Position numbers and translations under genes: made by a program
Part shown: piece by piece, positions 19,317 to 29,248 of the stretch
Layout: the number at the start of each line of letters is the position of its first letter
How positions within the stretch are numbered: the stretch's first letter is position 1
Notes under the pieces: model-generated
Databases searched by the model: none
Told to the model about the DNA's origin: nothing
The model's input: the letters and a program-made list of their open reading frames with translations, nothing else
Source of the DNA: Minisyncoccota bacterium
GTDB taxonomy: Bacteria; Patescibacteriota; Minisyncoccia; Phycocordibacterales; PALSA-1337
DNA length: 64,000 nt
NCBI GenBank assembly: GCA_041666915.1
Contig: JBAYFZ010000001.1
Span: forward strand, 354,508-418,507
Direction of reading: 5' to 3'

Positions 19317-19790
19317 TTATTTTCCATGAGTATATGATTTCAATAAATTACTAATCATTCTACCAATACGTGTCCTCCCACGTATAAGTCTTGGCTTTTT
19401 CGTCCCCGCATAGAGTTTATATAGTTCAAGAAGAACCCCATCAATGAACGCTCTGCTATGTTCAGTATCAACTTGCATTTTTTCAACATATTCATGCAAG
19501 AATGCCAACTTATCGACCGGCTTCTCTTTTTCTAGACAATCAAAGAAATGGAAACAAGTGCTTTGGACCCTATCTGCAACAGAGCCTTCGTACCACGCAT
19601 TGGGTCTATAGCGTCCATATTTAATTTTATTGATGGTCATACTTACCAGCACATCAGTGAGGAAGCCGTGATATTTTTCGGTATTATCGTCAACATAACC
19701 GCACCAAAAACACGCTACACCCCGTTTGAATGGTATATATTGTTTAGAGCATTTCGGGCATGCGTATTCAGCTTTGATGTGGAAGGTCAT
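19317..19790 (-). CDS. hypothetical protein with N-terminal zinc ribbon
   Basis: CPKCSKQ...CFWCGY Cys4 motif. Confidence 0.4.
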   Translation of the reverse strand: MTFHIKAEYACPKCSKQYIPFKRGVACFWCGYVDDNTEKYHGFLTDVLVSMTINKIKYGRYRPNAWYEGSVADRVQSTCFHFFDCLEKEKPVDKLAFLHEYVEKMQVDTEHSRAFIDGVLLELYKLYAGTKKPRLIRGRTRIGRMISNLLKSYTHGK

Positions 19791-19853
19791 ATAATTTATC
19801 GTTAACGAATGATATGTCTCATCTTAGTAATCTATTCGATACTACAAATATAA

Positions 19854-20156
19854 TCATACTATATAAAACATGTTGAATAATGCTTTAGTAAAAAGATAAT
19901 ACCCAAAAATTTCAATTAGAATGTTAAATATCCAAAAAATCGGACTCAAATTTTTTTCTATCCTATATTGAATAAACATTAACATTGCAGCAACGGCCCC
20001 ACTTAATGCAAATCCGATCGGAAGATAGAAAATTGATCTAATACTCAAAAAAGTAATACCGGTTGTCCAGAATAGGATTATAGAATAAATAATAAAATAT
20101 ACAATTGCACGATAATATGAATAGTATCTGGTTTCGTATTCGTACATATTTGGCAT
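19854..20156 (-). CDS. small membrane protein
   Basis: 100 aa, 3 predicted TM helices. Confidence 0.4.
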   Translation of the reverse strand: MPNMYEYETRYYSYYRAIVYFIIYSIILFWTTGITFLSIRSIFYLPIGFALSGAVAAMLMFIQYRIEKNLSPIFWIFNILIEIFGYYLFTKALFNMFYIV

Positions 20157-20747
20157 TTAATTATTTAACCACCTAGATACTCCTCCACGGTGTGAGCATG
20201 AATTGCTTTGGTTCAAACCAAAGCTGAATGTACCATCTCTGCATTGTGCAGTTGATCTTATTGAAATACTTCTGGGTGGATCTGCATACCCATGCATCAA
20301 AGCTAATGGGTCATTATAGTAACCTCTCACATGGGTTATACCTTGTTGTGTTGATATTTCATTAGTTGACCAACCACCACCTAAAGCAAATATAATAACA
20401 GATACTAATAGTAAAAATGTTGGTAACACTGCAACAATCCAAACTATTATCTTCATGTTTCTAAAAAACCTTTTTGATTTATTGACACGAAACTTTTTCA
20501 TTTGTCTTCGAAGAAGCCACGCAGAGAATACGATCCAAAAAATGCCCCCGACTAAAGTCATTGAACCATTTGCACTAGGTACTAATAAGATCAGTTCCTT
20601 GACTAGCACCATCGTGAACAGAGATAGCAACAAAATAGCGATTGTGACGAAAATCCAGTCTCGCAGAGTCAACTTGAACGTTCCTAGATCCAGAGCATCA
20701 ATGATTTTTTCATCGGGACCAAGAGTATTAGATGTGTTATTGCTCAT
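20157..20747 (-). CDS. membrane protein with C-terminal DUF3761-like Cys-rich domain
   Basis: C-terminal CRDGTFSFGLNQSNSCSHRGGVSRW resembles the DUF3761 signature (CxDGxxSxS...CSHHGGV..W); TM segments lie upstream. Confidence 0.5.
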   Translation of the reverse strand: MSNNTSNTLGPDEKIIDALDLGTFKLTLRDWIFVTIAILLLSLFTMVLVKELILLVPSANGSMTLVGGIFWIVFSAWLLRRQMKKFRVNKSKRFFRNMKIIVWIVAVLPTFLLLVSVIIFALGGGWSTNEISTQQGITHVRGYYNDPLALMHGYADPPRSISIRSTAQCRDGTFSFGLNQSNSCSHRGGVSRWLNN

Positions 20748-20818
20748 AAATTTGTTTAATTATTATCTAGAAATTGATTTTTATATTACTTTTAAGTACA
20801 TTTTCAAAGCTTCACTCA

Positions 20819-21094
20819 TTACCAAGTTAACCTTAAGAAAGACAGAAATCTATAACAAATCGAAACATATCTTTTTAGAATAATTACAGATCCACAGACT
20901 CGATCATTATTTAAGTTCAAATCGGTTGCAATAGGCTTAAGCTGATTTTCAATTTTCTTCATATATTCAACATAAGCATTACCGTAGTGATTGATATTGT
21001 ATACAGAGATATTAAACCACTTAAGCTCTTTCTCCATTCTTCCTATTACCAATTCAAAATCATCAGTATAATTAACTTGATGAAAAATCAACAA
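20819..21094 (-). CDS. hypothetical protein
   Basis: 91-aa ORF. Confidence 0.3.
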   Translation of the reverse strand: MLIFHQVNYTDDFELVIGRMEKELKWFNISVYNINHYGNAYVEYMKKIENQLKPIATDLNLNNDRVCGSVIILKRYVSICYRFLSFLRLTW

Positions 21095-21126
21095 CCAATA
21101 ACCATCTTCTTGTGATATTTTTTGGT

Positions 21127-21900
21127 TTAGATTTTTATCAAGATAACCAAGATACCTCTTAAAATAAGAGAGTTCTTTTTTTGTTTATATAAAGTTTTAT
21201 TTAATTCTGCAATTTTCTTAAGAAGTTTTACTTTATTATCTTTATGTATAGATAAGATATTTTTAATATAGCCATAAGCAAAAGAGAAATTATCATCCGA
21301 AAGATATCCGTAAGTGGTTGTCTGTGTAGTTGTTTGACTAGACAAATATTCGTGGTCAATAAAAGTTTTCACAACCTTTCTTCCTACCATCATAATATCA
21401 GCGAACCCTAACATCATTGCTGTAATATCAGTATAAAATTCATTATCTTTTTCCTTGTGCAACAATGAATATAGGACGATATGTGATAATTCATGAGCCA
21501 TCACAGTTATTAGTGTCGATGGATTCTCAATACAATTTTCACTTAGTCTAATGCTTATAGGAAAATTGATCATACTCGAAGTTCCGTAGAAAGGTAAGTT
21601 TGCAGGGATAGAGACCTGAGCTGTGATACCTCCTGTACCTCTACCTCTCCAATCAGTCTTTACAAGATGAGTGCTCCGGAATCCGTCGTTTGTATTTGGA
21701 CTATATCCTTTTGGTACATACGACAAATTTACTTCAATTGGTAAACCTAGATATCCTGCAATTTCCTTTATAGCTTCTTTTATCTTTTTTGAAAGAATTA
21801 AAGATATAATTTTTTGGTGATCAACAAATTCCTTAACACCAATTGTACTTGAAAGATGATTTATTGCATTCTCTATGTATTTATTATCAACTTCTTCCAT
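21127..21900 (-). CDS. HExxH zinc metallopeptidase-like protein (possibly ImmA/IrrE-type)
   Basis: VMAHELSHIV motif with acidic residues downstream; no other homology recognised. Confidence 0.4.
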   Translation of the reverse strand: MEEVDNKYIENAINHLSSTIGVKEFVDHQKIISLILSKKIKEAIKEIAGYLGLPIEVNLSYVPKGYSPNTNDGFRSTHLVKTDWRGRGTGGITAQVSIPANLPFYGTSSMINFPISIRLSENCIENPSTLITVMAHELSHIVLYSLLHKEKDNEFYTDITAMMLGFADIMMVGRKVVKTFIDHEYLSSQTTTQTTTYGYLSDDNFSFAYGYIKNILSIHKDNKVKLLKKIAELNKTLYKQKKNSLILRGILVILIKI

Positions 21901-21986
21901 TTATAAATATAATTTAACTATTAAGCTAGAGAAGATTAATCCAAAAAAACTAAATATGTACTTATTACAAAACTTTCTTCCAATTT

Positions 21987-23039
21987 TTAATAAGCATTGA
22001 ATTGAGCAGGGTCCATATAGCTCGTCTCAGCAGTACCACCAATCACGGGATTGAGTGTAATGGTAAACTTTGAGTATTTAACGTATTGACTGTCTTCCGT
22101 TGTTGTAATATCAAAAATATCATCAAATGACTGCGAGTTAGCACTTTTTACGAAGGTCTTATTTACTGTATCCCAGTCCACCCCTTGCATAAATGCAAGC
22201 AAATATTTTCCATCCGATATGTTTGTTATGGTGTAAGTGTTCTCAGCTCTGACGTAGACTGTGAAAATCGATGTGCCGTTGCGAAGCAATTTTGCTACAG
22301 CGTCATGGCTCGTTCCGTTTTTTATTAGGAGTTGACCATCACCATCCAGATAACTAGAAACCTTCTTAAACACATAACCATTATCAAGCGAATATGGGAC
22401 GGTTAAACCTGCTTGCCTGTCCTTAAGAAATTGTTGATGTGCCGTCGTTGTTGAATTAAATACTTCGTCAGACTTGTTAAGCCATGTACAATAATCCGGT
22501 TCAAATAGGCTTATAAGGCCACCAGCGCTACATGAGGCTTTAATTTTAGCTTGGGTAGCTTTCATGGCGTCACACTTTGCTCTCGTGGTAGGGTCTAATT
22601 TGTCCGTAGGTGTGTCTATGTGAAGACACTCTACTTCCTTACCAAGTTGGTCAATTTTCGTTGTGTCGATATGTTGAATCGGAGTTATGAATGAAGGTAA
22701 TGACGTTGGTTGTGGCAATGGCATTTTGGTTCCTCCGGTGTTTGAATCACTATCGCCAGAATAAGCCCAAGCAATAAAAATTATCACCGCAACGACTACG
22801 ACACATTTATTAAAGATAGCTTTTTTAAGAAACCTTGTGGCCATAGCGGTATAGTCTTTTACCAGTCTGATTTTTGCTTCGTAACCTTTATAAAACTTGT
22901 CGCTCTCGACTGTTTCTTTTACAGCACTAAAATGATTAGATGCATTATTTGCTATGCTTTCCACTAAAGAAAGCAGGCAGTACGGACATTTAATCGCCTT
23001 ATCATGAATCTCTTTTTTACAAAATGGGCATTTTTTCAT
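21987..23039 (-). CDS. membrane-anchored protein with N-terminal zinc ribbon and extracytoplasmic domain
   Basis: CPFCKKE...CPYC, a single TM (VVVVAVIIFIAWAY), then a ~250-aa domain. Confidence 0.4.
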   Translation of the reverse strand: MKKCPFCKKEIHDKAIKCPYCLLSLVESIANNASNHFSAVKETVESDKFYKGYEAKIRLVKDYTAMATRFLKKAIFNKCVVVVAVIIFIAWAYSGDSDSNTGGTKMPLPQPTSLPSFITPIQHIDTTKIDQLGKEVECLHIDTPTDKLDPTTRAKCDAMKATQAKIKASCSAGGLISLFEPDYCTWLNKSDEVFNSTTTAHQQFLKDRQAGLTVPYSLDNGYVFKKVSSYLDGDGQLLIKNGTSHDAVAKLLRNGTSIFTVYVRAENTYTITNISDGKYLLAFMQGVDWDTVNKTFVKSANSQSFDDIFDITTTEDSQYVKYSKFTITLNPVIGGTAETSYMDPAQFNAY

Positions 23040-23057
23040 GTTATTTGATTACACTTC

Positions 23058-23552
23058 CTAGTAAATTATCTGCTTGCAAGTTGAACATTTAACATCTTCG
23101 TATAGGTTTTTATTGACTGGCACCCTTAGTCGCTGGCCGCATTTTCTACAAATTACGATCTCTTTTTCTGCAAAGTACTTAATCTTTATAATTTTTATGA
23201 AAATAATTAGTCCTACTAGTGAAATCGGTATAGTAAACAATAAGATTTTTGGATCGCTAGCTCCTGTAAATATCTGAAATAAAATAAACGGTATAGCTAG
23301 ATAAAGATAAAAATATGTTTTAAAAACATGAGCTCTATCCAGGTTGACCTTCTGTTTCTGATATTGAGTCTTGCTACTGTTATAAAATCCTAAAAAGAAT
23401 CGATCTGTCTTACCTTCCCATAATCGATAAGAATCAAGTGGTATGATTGGAAGAAAAAATATAATAAACCACTCGGTGGCCACATATGAACCATCAGGTT
23501 TCTTATTACTCGCACCATAATATATGGTGCCTATACCATTGAATGAAGACAT
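23058..23552 (-). CDS. membrane protein with C-terminal zinc ribbon
   Basis: TM helices plus CRKCGQ...CSTCKQ. Confidence 0.4.
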   Translation of the reverse strand: MSSFNGIGTIYYGASNKKPDGSYVATEWFIIFFLPIIPLDSYRLWEGKTDRFFLGFYNSSKTQYQKQKVNLDRAHVFKTYFYLYLAIPFILFQIFTGASDPKILLFTIPISLVGLIIFIKIIKIKYFAEKEIVICRKCGQRLRVPVNKNLYEDVKCSTCKQIIY

Positions 23553-24144
23553 TTTAAATCATTTTACAAACACAAAAAGCCCACCACGGGTAGAGGCCGA
23601 AGCCCCTCATATCAGTTTCCCGATATGGCAGATTAAGGCGACCCCATGATGGGTTCTTTGTCCTTAATCTGACTAACTTTTCACCATGCCAGAAATCACT
23701 TATTTCTGGTTTAGGCTACTTATACATATTCAGTTGTATGTTTAGGATACCACTCTATTACGTCCATGCCAATATTCAGCTCTTTAACAATCGTGTAATG
23801 CATGTCTCCCTTCACCACATAATAGTGTATAATAAAGCTATGAAATACGCTTATCTATCCATAATAATTCTTTTAATAATCAGTGGTTTTTATTGGTTTC
23901 AGTTGCGACCAAGCCAAATTAAAAAACATTGTTTTTATACCAGTGCAACATTAAAAGAAAATTTATCGCCTCATGCCGATTTAACTTCTCCAGATAGCTT
24001 TAGTCTCGCCAGCGTAGAAGCACAATCCAATTACCATTCTTGTTTAACCTCGAATGGACTTTAAGGTTGAACTCGAAGAAAAAATGTGATGTAAGTCACT
24101 ATCCACAGTTTTTTTATTTCTATTTGGTTGATATAATGTTGCTC

Positions 24145-24705
24145 AACATTCAATAGTGAATGTTGAAATTGACAACACATGCTCGCTTGCCTGAACAACA
24201 AGCACACAAGAGCGACCGGTTATCCCCGAGATTCCTTAGACGGGTACTCTAGCAGGGACAGTGATGTCCCATGCTAGCGTTCACTAGTAATGGGAACATC
24301 GGATTTATTTTCGAAGTTCTTGTTAAGAGTGCCGGTCTAAGGAATTTTTGCGTATTGTTTCGCCTCATCTGTACATCACGAATTGATGTGCGGATTCTGG
24401 CGGAATTAATACCGCAGAAGCAGAGTGTCGATAGCTCTTATCTGGCAGAAACGCCAGGAAGTTTGATTTTGCAATACCATGCAGAAAACAAACAAAAGTC
24501 AGATCTGCTTTCCGTCAAAAGACGGTCTCAAGTTGATCTGCAACGCCGTTGATAGGTACGGTGACGGACAGTTGTGGGAAACCATCTCTGGACGTTGGAT
24601 TCCTATCGATATAGAAAATGCACCGGCTTTTACCAGTGCATTTTCAAGAAAATCCTGACGTGGTTTTTCTTACACAACCGCTCCCGCAAGGGAGCTTTTG
24701 TGTTT
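24145..24705 (+). ncRNA. candidate structured ncRNA / non-coding transcription unit of unknown class
   Basis: Extended -10 promoter TGATATAAT at 24129-24137. The region has elevated GC and many hairpins (e.g. CAACATTC-AATAG-GAATGTTG; GAAAATGCACCGG...CCAGTGCATTTTC). Terminator GCTCCCGCAAGGGAGCTTTTGTGTTT at 24680-24705. The only ORF (24271-24552) has no RBS and low-complexity content. Confidence 0.4.
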
Positions 24706-24847
24706 GAGTTATTATATTATAGACTACGAACGGCTTGTCAAGGAAGCATAAAACCTGTGTATAGCAATTTTATGATTAACAAATAATAAAAAGTCAAACT
24801 TAAAACTGCCCTATTGGCTTTAAATATGTACAAAAACGCGTCTCAAA

Positions 24848-25387
24848 ATGTCACAATGGACTAAAGATTTTATTGGCATTATACTATTGGTTATGATCAA
24901 TGAAATACAAACGGAAAAAGATTTCTCTGAACAACTTATTAAAGGAAAAATTACTGAGCTTGTCTTTGAACGAATGTTTCGTACGGTTGGACACTTTACT
25001 GTGATACCTTTCGGTTATGAAAATACTTTGCCCGAAATAGTCCAGTATCAACACTTGGCAAAATATCCTCAAGTCTTTGATACAATCAAAACAGCTCCCG
25101 ACTTTGCAATTGTATCTCATGACAGAAGTGAGGTTTTTCTAGTTGAAGTCAAGTACCGAACAGGTCATACCGATAAAGCTATACTAGAGCTAGCAGGAGA
25201 AATTCAAAAGAAATGGAAACTTGTTAGATTGTTTCTTGCCACACCTTCTGGTTTCTATTTTGATTCCTGTAGTAACATCATTAAAAATGAAGGTAAAATA
25301 TCCACTCTTGGACCACAATGGGTAAATGATGAGGTACAAAAGGAATACCTAGAACTATTAAATCAATTTATCATTAGACCTAACTAA
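24848..25387 (+). CDS. PD-(D/E)xK nuclease-fold protein
   Basis: PDFAIVSHDRSEVFLVEVKYR contains D...EVK spaced as in restriction-endonuclease-like folds. Confidence 0.5.
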   Translation: MSQWTKDFIGIILLVMINEIQTEKDFSEQLIKGKITELVFERMFRTVGHFTVIPFGYENTLPEIVQYQHLAKYPQVFDTIKTAPDFAIVSHDRSEVFLVEVKYRTGHTDKAILELAGEIQKKWKLVRLFLATPSGFYFDSCSNIIKNEGKISTLGPQWVNDEVQKEYLELLNQFIIRPN

Positions 25388-25437
25388 AAATATCTACCGT
25401 TTATTACGGGGACTTTTCTATTTTAACAAGGCAAAAA

Positions 25438-27318
25438 CTAATCGTTCTTACTCTTAGATGTAACCCAACTTTCTTCAAGATCAACGGTACCACTATTTGG
25501 TCGTCTCGATTTCTCAAGAAGCTCAATATCGACTTTAACCGGTATATCCGAAGCTAATCCAGCAACAAAACAACTTCCCACAGAAAGAATTGGAATGCTT
25601 TGAAATGACAATTTATCAAGATAAGCGACAGCTTTTTCTACTGCGCTTATATCATTATCATTTATAAGTCTATGAATAAAATAGTTATGTAGCTGAGAAA
25701 TTATTGTGGCTGATATATCATAAGGCCTTTGGCTTGCAATAGTTAGAAAGACACCAAATTTTCTTCCCTCCTTTATAATTTCTTCAAAAGTCTCTAGACG
25801 ATAATCCTTCCATGTCTCACTTTCTCGCTGAGACATTGTGGAGAGAATATTATGAGCCTCATCTATAATTATATGTAGCGATTTTTTGTCAGACTCCTTT
25901 TTGTTTTCGTACAACTGTTTCGCAATTATTAGCGGAACAATCTTCTTCATCTCAATATTTACATCTCTTAAAGAAATGACGGATAGATTCTTTGATTCGG
26001 GGCTATCTTTAATATCAATCAGTTTCTCCAACATATCAAACTTTCTGAACATTCTGCCCACTAATGGTCCAATATGTTCTTGGTTTGAATATCCCTTTAC
26101 GATTTCATGAAAATAATTAAAAACGATTTTCAATTTCAGCTTACTAAATTCGTCAGCCTTAAAGACCAGTGCATCCACAGATGTTTTAAGTCGAGTGTCG
26201 TATATAGGGTTTTTATTGTTGTAATTATTGCCATCATTTGATGCGTCCCAGTAATACTCCTTTGTAAGGGAGTGATAGTGTAGTTTATTTTCAATATCTT
26301 TTTTAAGTGCAATTACATCATCCTTCTTCTCATCTGTAACAAGATTTATCAGGTCTCTAAAAAGCTCGATGATTACCCCTTCTCTAAGGTTTCCATCCTT
26401 CTTATCAATAACACCAGTACACAGATCTTCGATACTTGTAATAGCTCGAGTATTAAAAGTCGTATTATCATCAAGATAATCATTACGTATAACTCTATCG
26501 AGAAAGGGCTTTTGTGTTTTTTCTGTTGCCTCCAGTAAAACAGACAGGATTTCTGTCTTGTGAATACTTTCTCTAGGAAGCGGGTATTTTTTCTTACTGC
26601 CTTTTTTACCAGTTGATAGCTCATAGACCACTTTGTCTTTCGTAATCATTTCATCACCAGTATATTCACCATTGAAATCAATTATCACAAAATCTGATTT
26701 GGTTTTGAAATCACCTTGATCTGAGAATGTTTTAAAAAGCTCAGTGTATATTTTCGCAAGTGTATTTGATTTACCGCTTCCGGTGTTGCCGAAAATACCA
26801 ATATGGCTGGCAAACAATTTATTAACACCTAGCTTTATCTTTTGTGACGGCTCTTCTGTTAGACTGCCGACCGCAATAGTTTTGTCACCCTTTTTGTAAA
26901 ACTGGTGAAGTACATTAAATTCATCTCTATTTAGCAAATAGCACTCATTATCGATCAAGGGCATTTCTTTTATACCCTGCTTTACACAATTACCTTCAAA
27001 ATGACCAAAGAGAGACAATTGCAAAACCCTATTTATCCTAGTCTCTTCTTTGTTGTATTCTTTATTAAAAAACTTTTCTTCAGAGGTAAATTCGCCCTCA
27101 ACTTTTCCAATAATACTCACGAAACCCTTTACTATCTTTACATAGCTACCTACAGACACATTTTTTACAGTTTTTCCTTCGAATAAAATATGCGAATGAT
27201 TTTTATTTTTATTTAGTTTTACCCTAACAATTCTACCGTCAACTGAGAGAACGCGGCCAATTATAAAAATCGACTCTTGCATCAATTCTTGCTCAATTGT
27301 TTTACTCTTTGTCTCCAT
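25438..27318 (-). CDS. herA: HerA-like (DUF87) ATPase, partner of SIR2 in the SIR2-HerA antiphage system
   Basis: N-terminal HAS-barrel-like segment, Walker A GNTGSGKSN, Walker B HIIIDEAHN, and the GRKFGVFLTIASQRP motif typical of HerA/FtsK-like ATPases. Confidence 0.8.
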   Translation of the reverse strand: METKSKTIEQELMQESIFIIGRVLSVDGRIVRVKLNKNKNHSHILFEGKTVKNVSVGSYVKIVKGFVSIIGKVEGEFTSEEKFFNKEYNKEETRINRVLQLSLFGHFEGNCVKQGIKEMPLIDNECYLLNRDEFNVLHQFYKKGDKTIAVGSLTEEPSQKIKLGVNKLFASHIGIFGNTGSGKSNTLAKIYTELFKTFSDQGDFKTKSDFVIIDFNGEYTGDEMITKDKVVYELSTGKKGSKKKYPLPRESIHKTEILSVLLEATEKTQKPFLDRVIRNDYLDDNTTFNTRAITSIEDLCTGVIDKKDGNLREGVIIELFRDLINLVTDEKKDDVIALKKDIENKLHYHSLTKEYYWDASNDGNNYNNKNPIYDTRLKTSVDALVFKADEFSKLKLKIVFNYFHEIVKGYSNQEHIGPLVGRMFRKFDMLEKLIDIKDSPESKNLSVISLRDVNIEMKKIVPLIIAKQLYENKKESDKKSLHIIIDEAHNILSTMSQRESETWKDYRLETFEEIIKEGRKFGVFLTIASQRPYDISATIISQLHNYFIHRLINDNDISAVEKAVAYLDKLSFQSIPILSVGSCFVAGLASDIPVKVDIELLEKSRRPNSGTVDLEESWVTSKSKND

Positions 27319-28321
27319 GATTCATGCTATTTAAGACTTCACTGAGGACCGACTGATTGATTTTTTCTAGGTTAAATCTACTTGCTGGCTCATCATCTGA
27401 GGGTTCAATGATTTCAATATTTGAATACCTCAATTTTCCAAGTTGCATTTTTGTCTTCATACTTGAATCCGTATCCTTTCCGTGGCAAAACACATAAATT
27501 TTTAGTGTAGGATTCGATTCTGCTGCTCTTATCGTTATTTCTCGAATATGTTCATCTTCCATAGAGAATCCTAGAACAAAAAGAACGGTATTTTCTTTTT
27601 CCAGTTCACCTGAATACATTCTGAGCAATTCGTAGTAAGTTACATCGATTACCGTTTCTTCAAGTTTTTTCCTTTCTGGATTTACTATTGCTAATCTTTC
27701 ATAACCAGCCTCAAAAGCTCGTTGTCCCTTTTTTAACAAAGATTTATCGAAATGTTCTAGCTTTGAAAAATGAATTTTATTTTCAACCTTTTCCCATGTC
27801 AAAGATCCGTGGACTTTCATAAGATTAAACAAAGGTATTTCTGAAACATTCTCATAGTGCAAACTTCTTTTTTGTATTGATTTTTTAAAATTACTCAGGC
27901 TAAAAGTAGCATTTAATCGACCATTGAAACCATCGTTATATTCAAGACTACTATCTTCCAAAACAGTTTCCATCAGTATATCTATGTTTGTAGTAAATAT
28001 GTTAACTTGCTTACTGAGAATTGTATTCTTGCGCTTCAAAAGTATACGTGCAAGCATTTCAAAAAAATCCTTATACGCCTTACATGTTGTATCAAAATCG
28101 CCTTTTTTAGCTATTGATTTACTAATAATTTCAAGATTAGGAATTATTACTCTCTCAAAATACTCCTTCTTTATCTTTACCCGCTCAGATTTCTTTTTTT
28201 CGCTAGATAAACGAGTCTCAATATCACCAAGTATTGGCAAAAACGGTGTTGAAAGACCAGCCCCAACTAGGACATTTATGTGCGAGCTCTGTATGGCCTC
28301 TTTTATTTCTTGAGGTTTCAT
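27302..28321 (-). CDS. SIR2-family (DHS-like NAD-binding) protein, SIR2-HerA antiphage system
   Basis: VLVGAGLS (GAGxS), IFTTNIDIL (TTNYD-like) and MKVHGS (HGS) motifs; overlaps the herA start by 17 nt. Confidence 0.8.
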   Translation of the reverse strand: MKPQEIKEAIQSSHINVLVGAGLSTPFLPILGDIETRLSSEKKKSERVKIKKEYFERVIIPNLEIISKSIAKKGDFDTTCKAYKDFFEMLARILLKRKNTILSKQVNIFTTNIDILMETVLEDSSLEYNDGFNGRLNATFSLSNFKKSIQKRSLHYENVSEIPLFNLMKVHGSLTWEKVENKIHFSKLEHFDKSLLKKGQRAFEAGYERLAIVNPERKKLEETVIDVTYYELLRMYSGELEKENTVLFVLGFSMEDEHIREITIRAAESNPTLKIYVFCHGKDTDSSMKTKMQLGKLRYSNIEIIEPSDDEPASRFNLEKINQSVLSEVLNSMNHGDKE

Positions 28322-28650
28322 AAATTTTCCAAAGAATAAATATCAAAGGCGACCTCATCGTATGGATGAATTTTTTTGACTGCTTTAACAAGCTCAGAAA
28401 GATTTTCACGAGCGCACACGGTCTCAATTCTTTCTTCGGCTACTTCTTCAAATTTACCAACTTCGCCGATATGCGGATCCGCTCCCGCATCGGGTCTGAA
28501 CCGACCAGTTCCCTTCGAGGAGAAGGTGCAGAAACTGTAATTACCGATCTTACCAGCTCCGGCCTTACCCATAGCTTCACGAACCACATCGGTATGGGTT
28601 TCTGGTACGAAAACAACAATTTTTACATTCCTACTTGCAACTGATTTCAT
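28318..28650 (-). CDS. small CutA/PII-like fold protein (family uncertain)
   Basis: 110 aa; the VVFVPETH...AGAGKIGNY...HPYDEVAFD pattern resembles small PII/CutA-like or Nif3-insert-like proteins; stop overlaps the SIR2 start (ATGA). Confidence 0.35.
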   Translation of the reverse strand: MKSVASRNVKIVVFVPETHTDVVREAMGKAGAGKIGNYSFCTFSSKGTGRFRPDAGADPHIGEVGKFEEVAEERIETVCARENLSELVKAVKKIHPYDEVAFDIYSLENL

Positions 28651-28738
28651 TATGTGGTCAACTTTAGCACTTTTTATAGAAAAAATATACTAATCTATGA
28701 TGCCAAAAAGTAAACAAAAGTAAACATTTTTAATACGT

Positions 28739-29149
28739 TTATTTATCATCTTGCGGCCTCAAGAATCGGTAATTACCAATCGTCTTAAGAAGTCTATTAG
28801 CTTGCTGTTTTGCACTCTTGGGACTATAACCAGCAATAATTGCTGCTTGTGTAGCGTTACAAGAAGTGAGATACGCTTCCAGAAACCTTAACCTCCGCAT
28901 ATCCTTGGCACACAAAATTGTACCTTGATCATAAAGAGCGCCAACTAGTTCATATATTAGGCGCCTGTATGGTCTATAAAAGATGATTCTGGTGAGCAAC
29001 ACAGCCTCTTCTGTTGAAAATTTAGGGAATCTTCCGGTACGCCCATACTTTTGTCGAAGCAGTTTCTCGTCGAATACCATACCTGCCCAGATCATAACCA
29101 TATCCCGTGTATTCATTGTTCTCTTACTTTGTATATTCTTGTCGCTCAT
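28739..29149 (-). CDS. phage terminase small subunit-like protein (orphan)
   Basis: C-terminal AYLTSCNATQAAIIAGYSPKSAKQQANRLL matches the Terminase_2/P27-type HTH signature; no large subunit nearby. Confidence 0.6.
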   Translation of the reverse strand: MSDKNIQSKRTMNTRDMVMIWAGMVFDEKLLRQKYGRTGRFPKFSTEEAVLLTRIIFYRPYRRLIYELVGALYDQGTILCAKDMRRLRFLEAYLTSCNATQAAIIAGYSPKSAKQQANRLLKTIGNYRFLRPQDDK

Positions 29150-29248
29150 ATATTTATATGCACGCAGGCTTAGCTATACAATCCATCGTTCGAAAGTCGT
29201 AAGCCAGCGCGAGCCAATATTGACTTTTATGATATACTTTTAAACATT

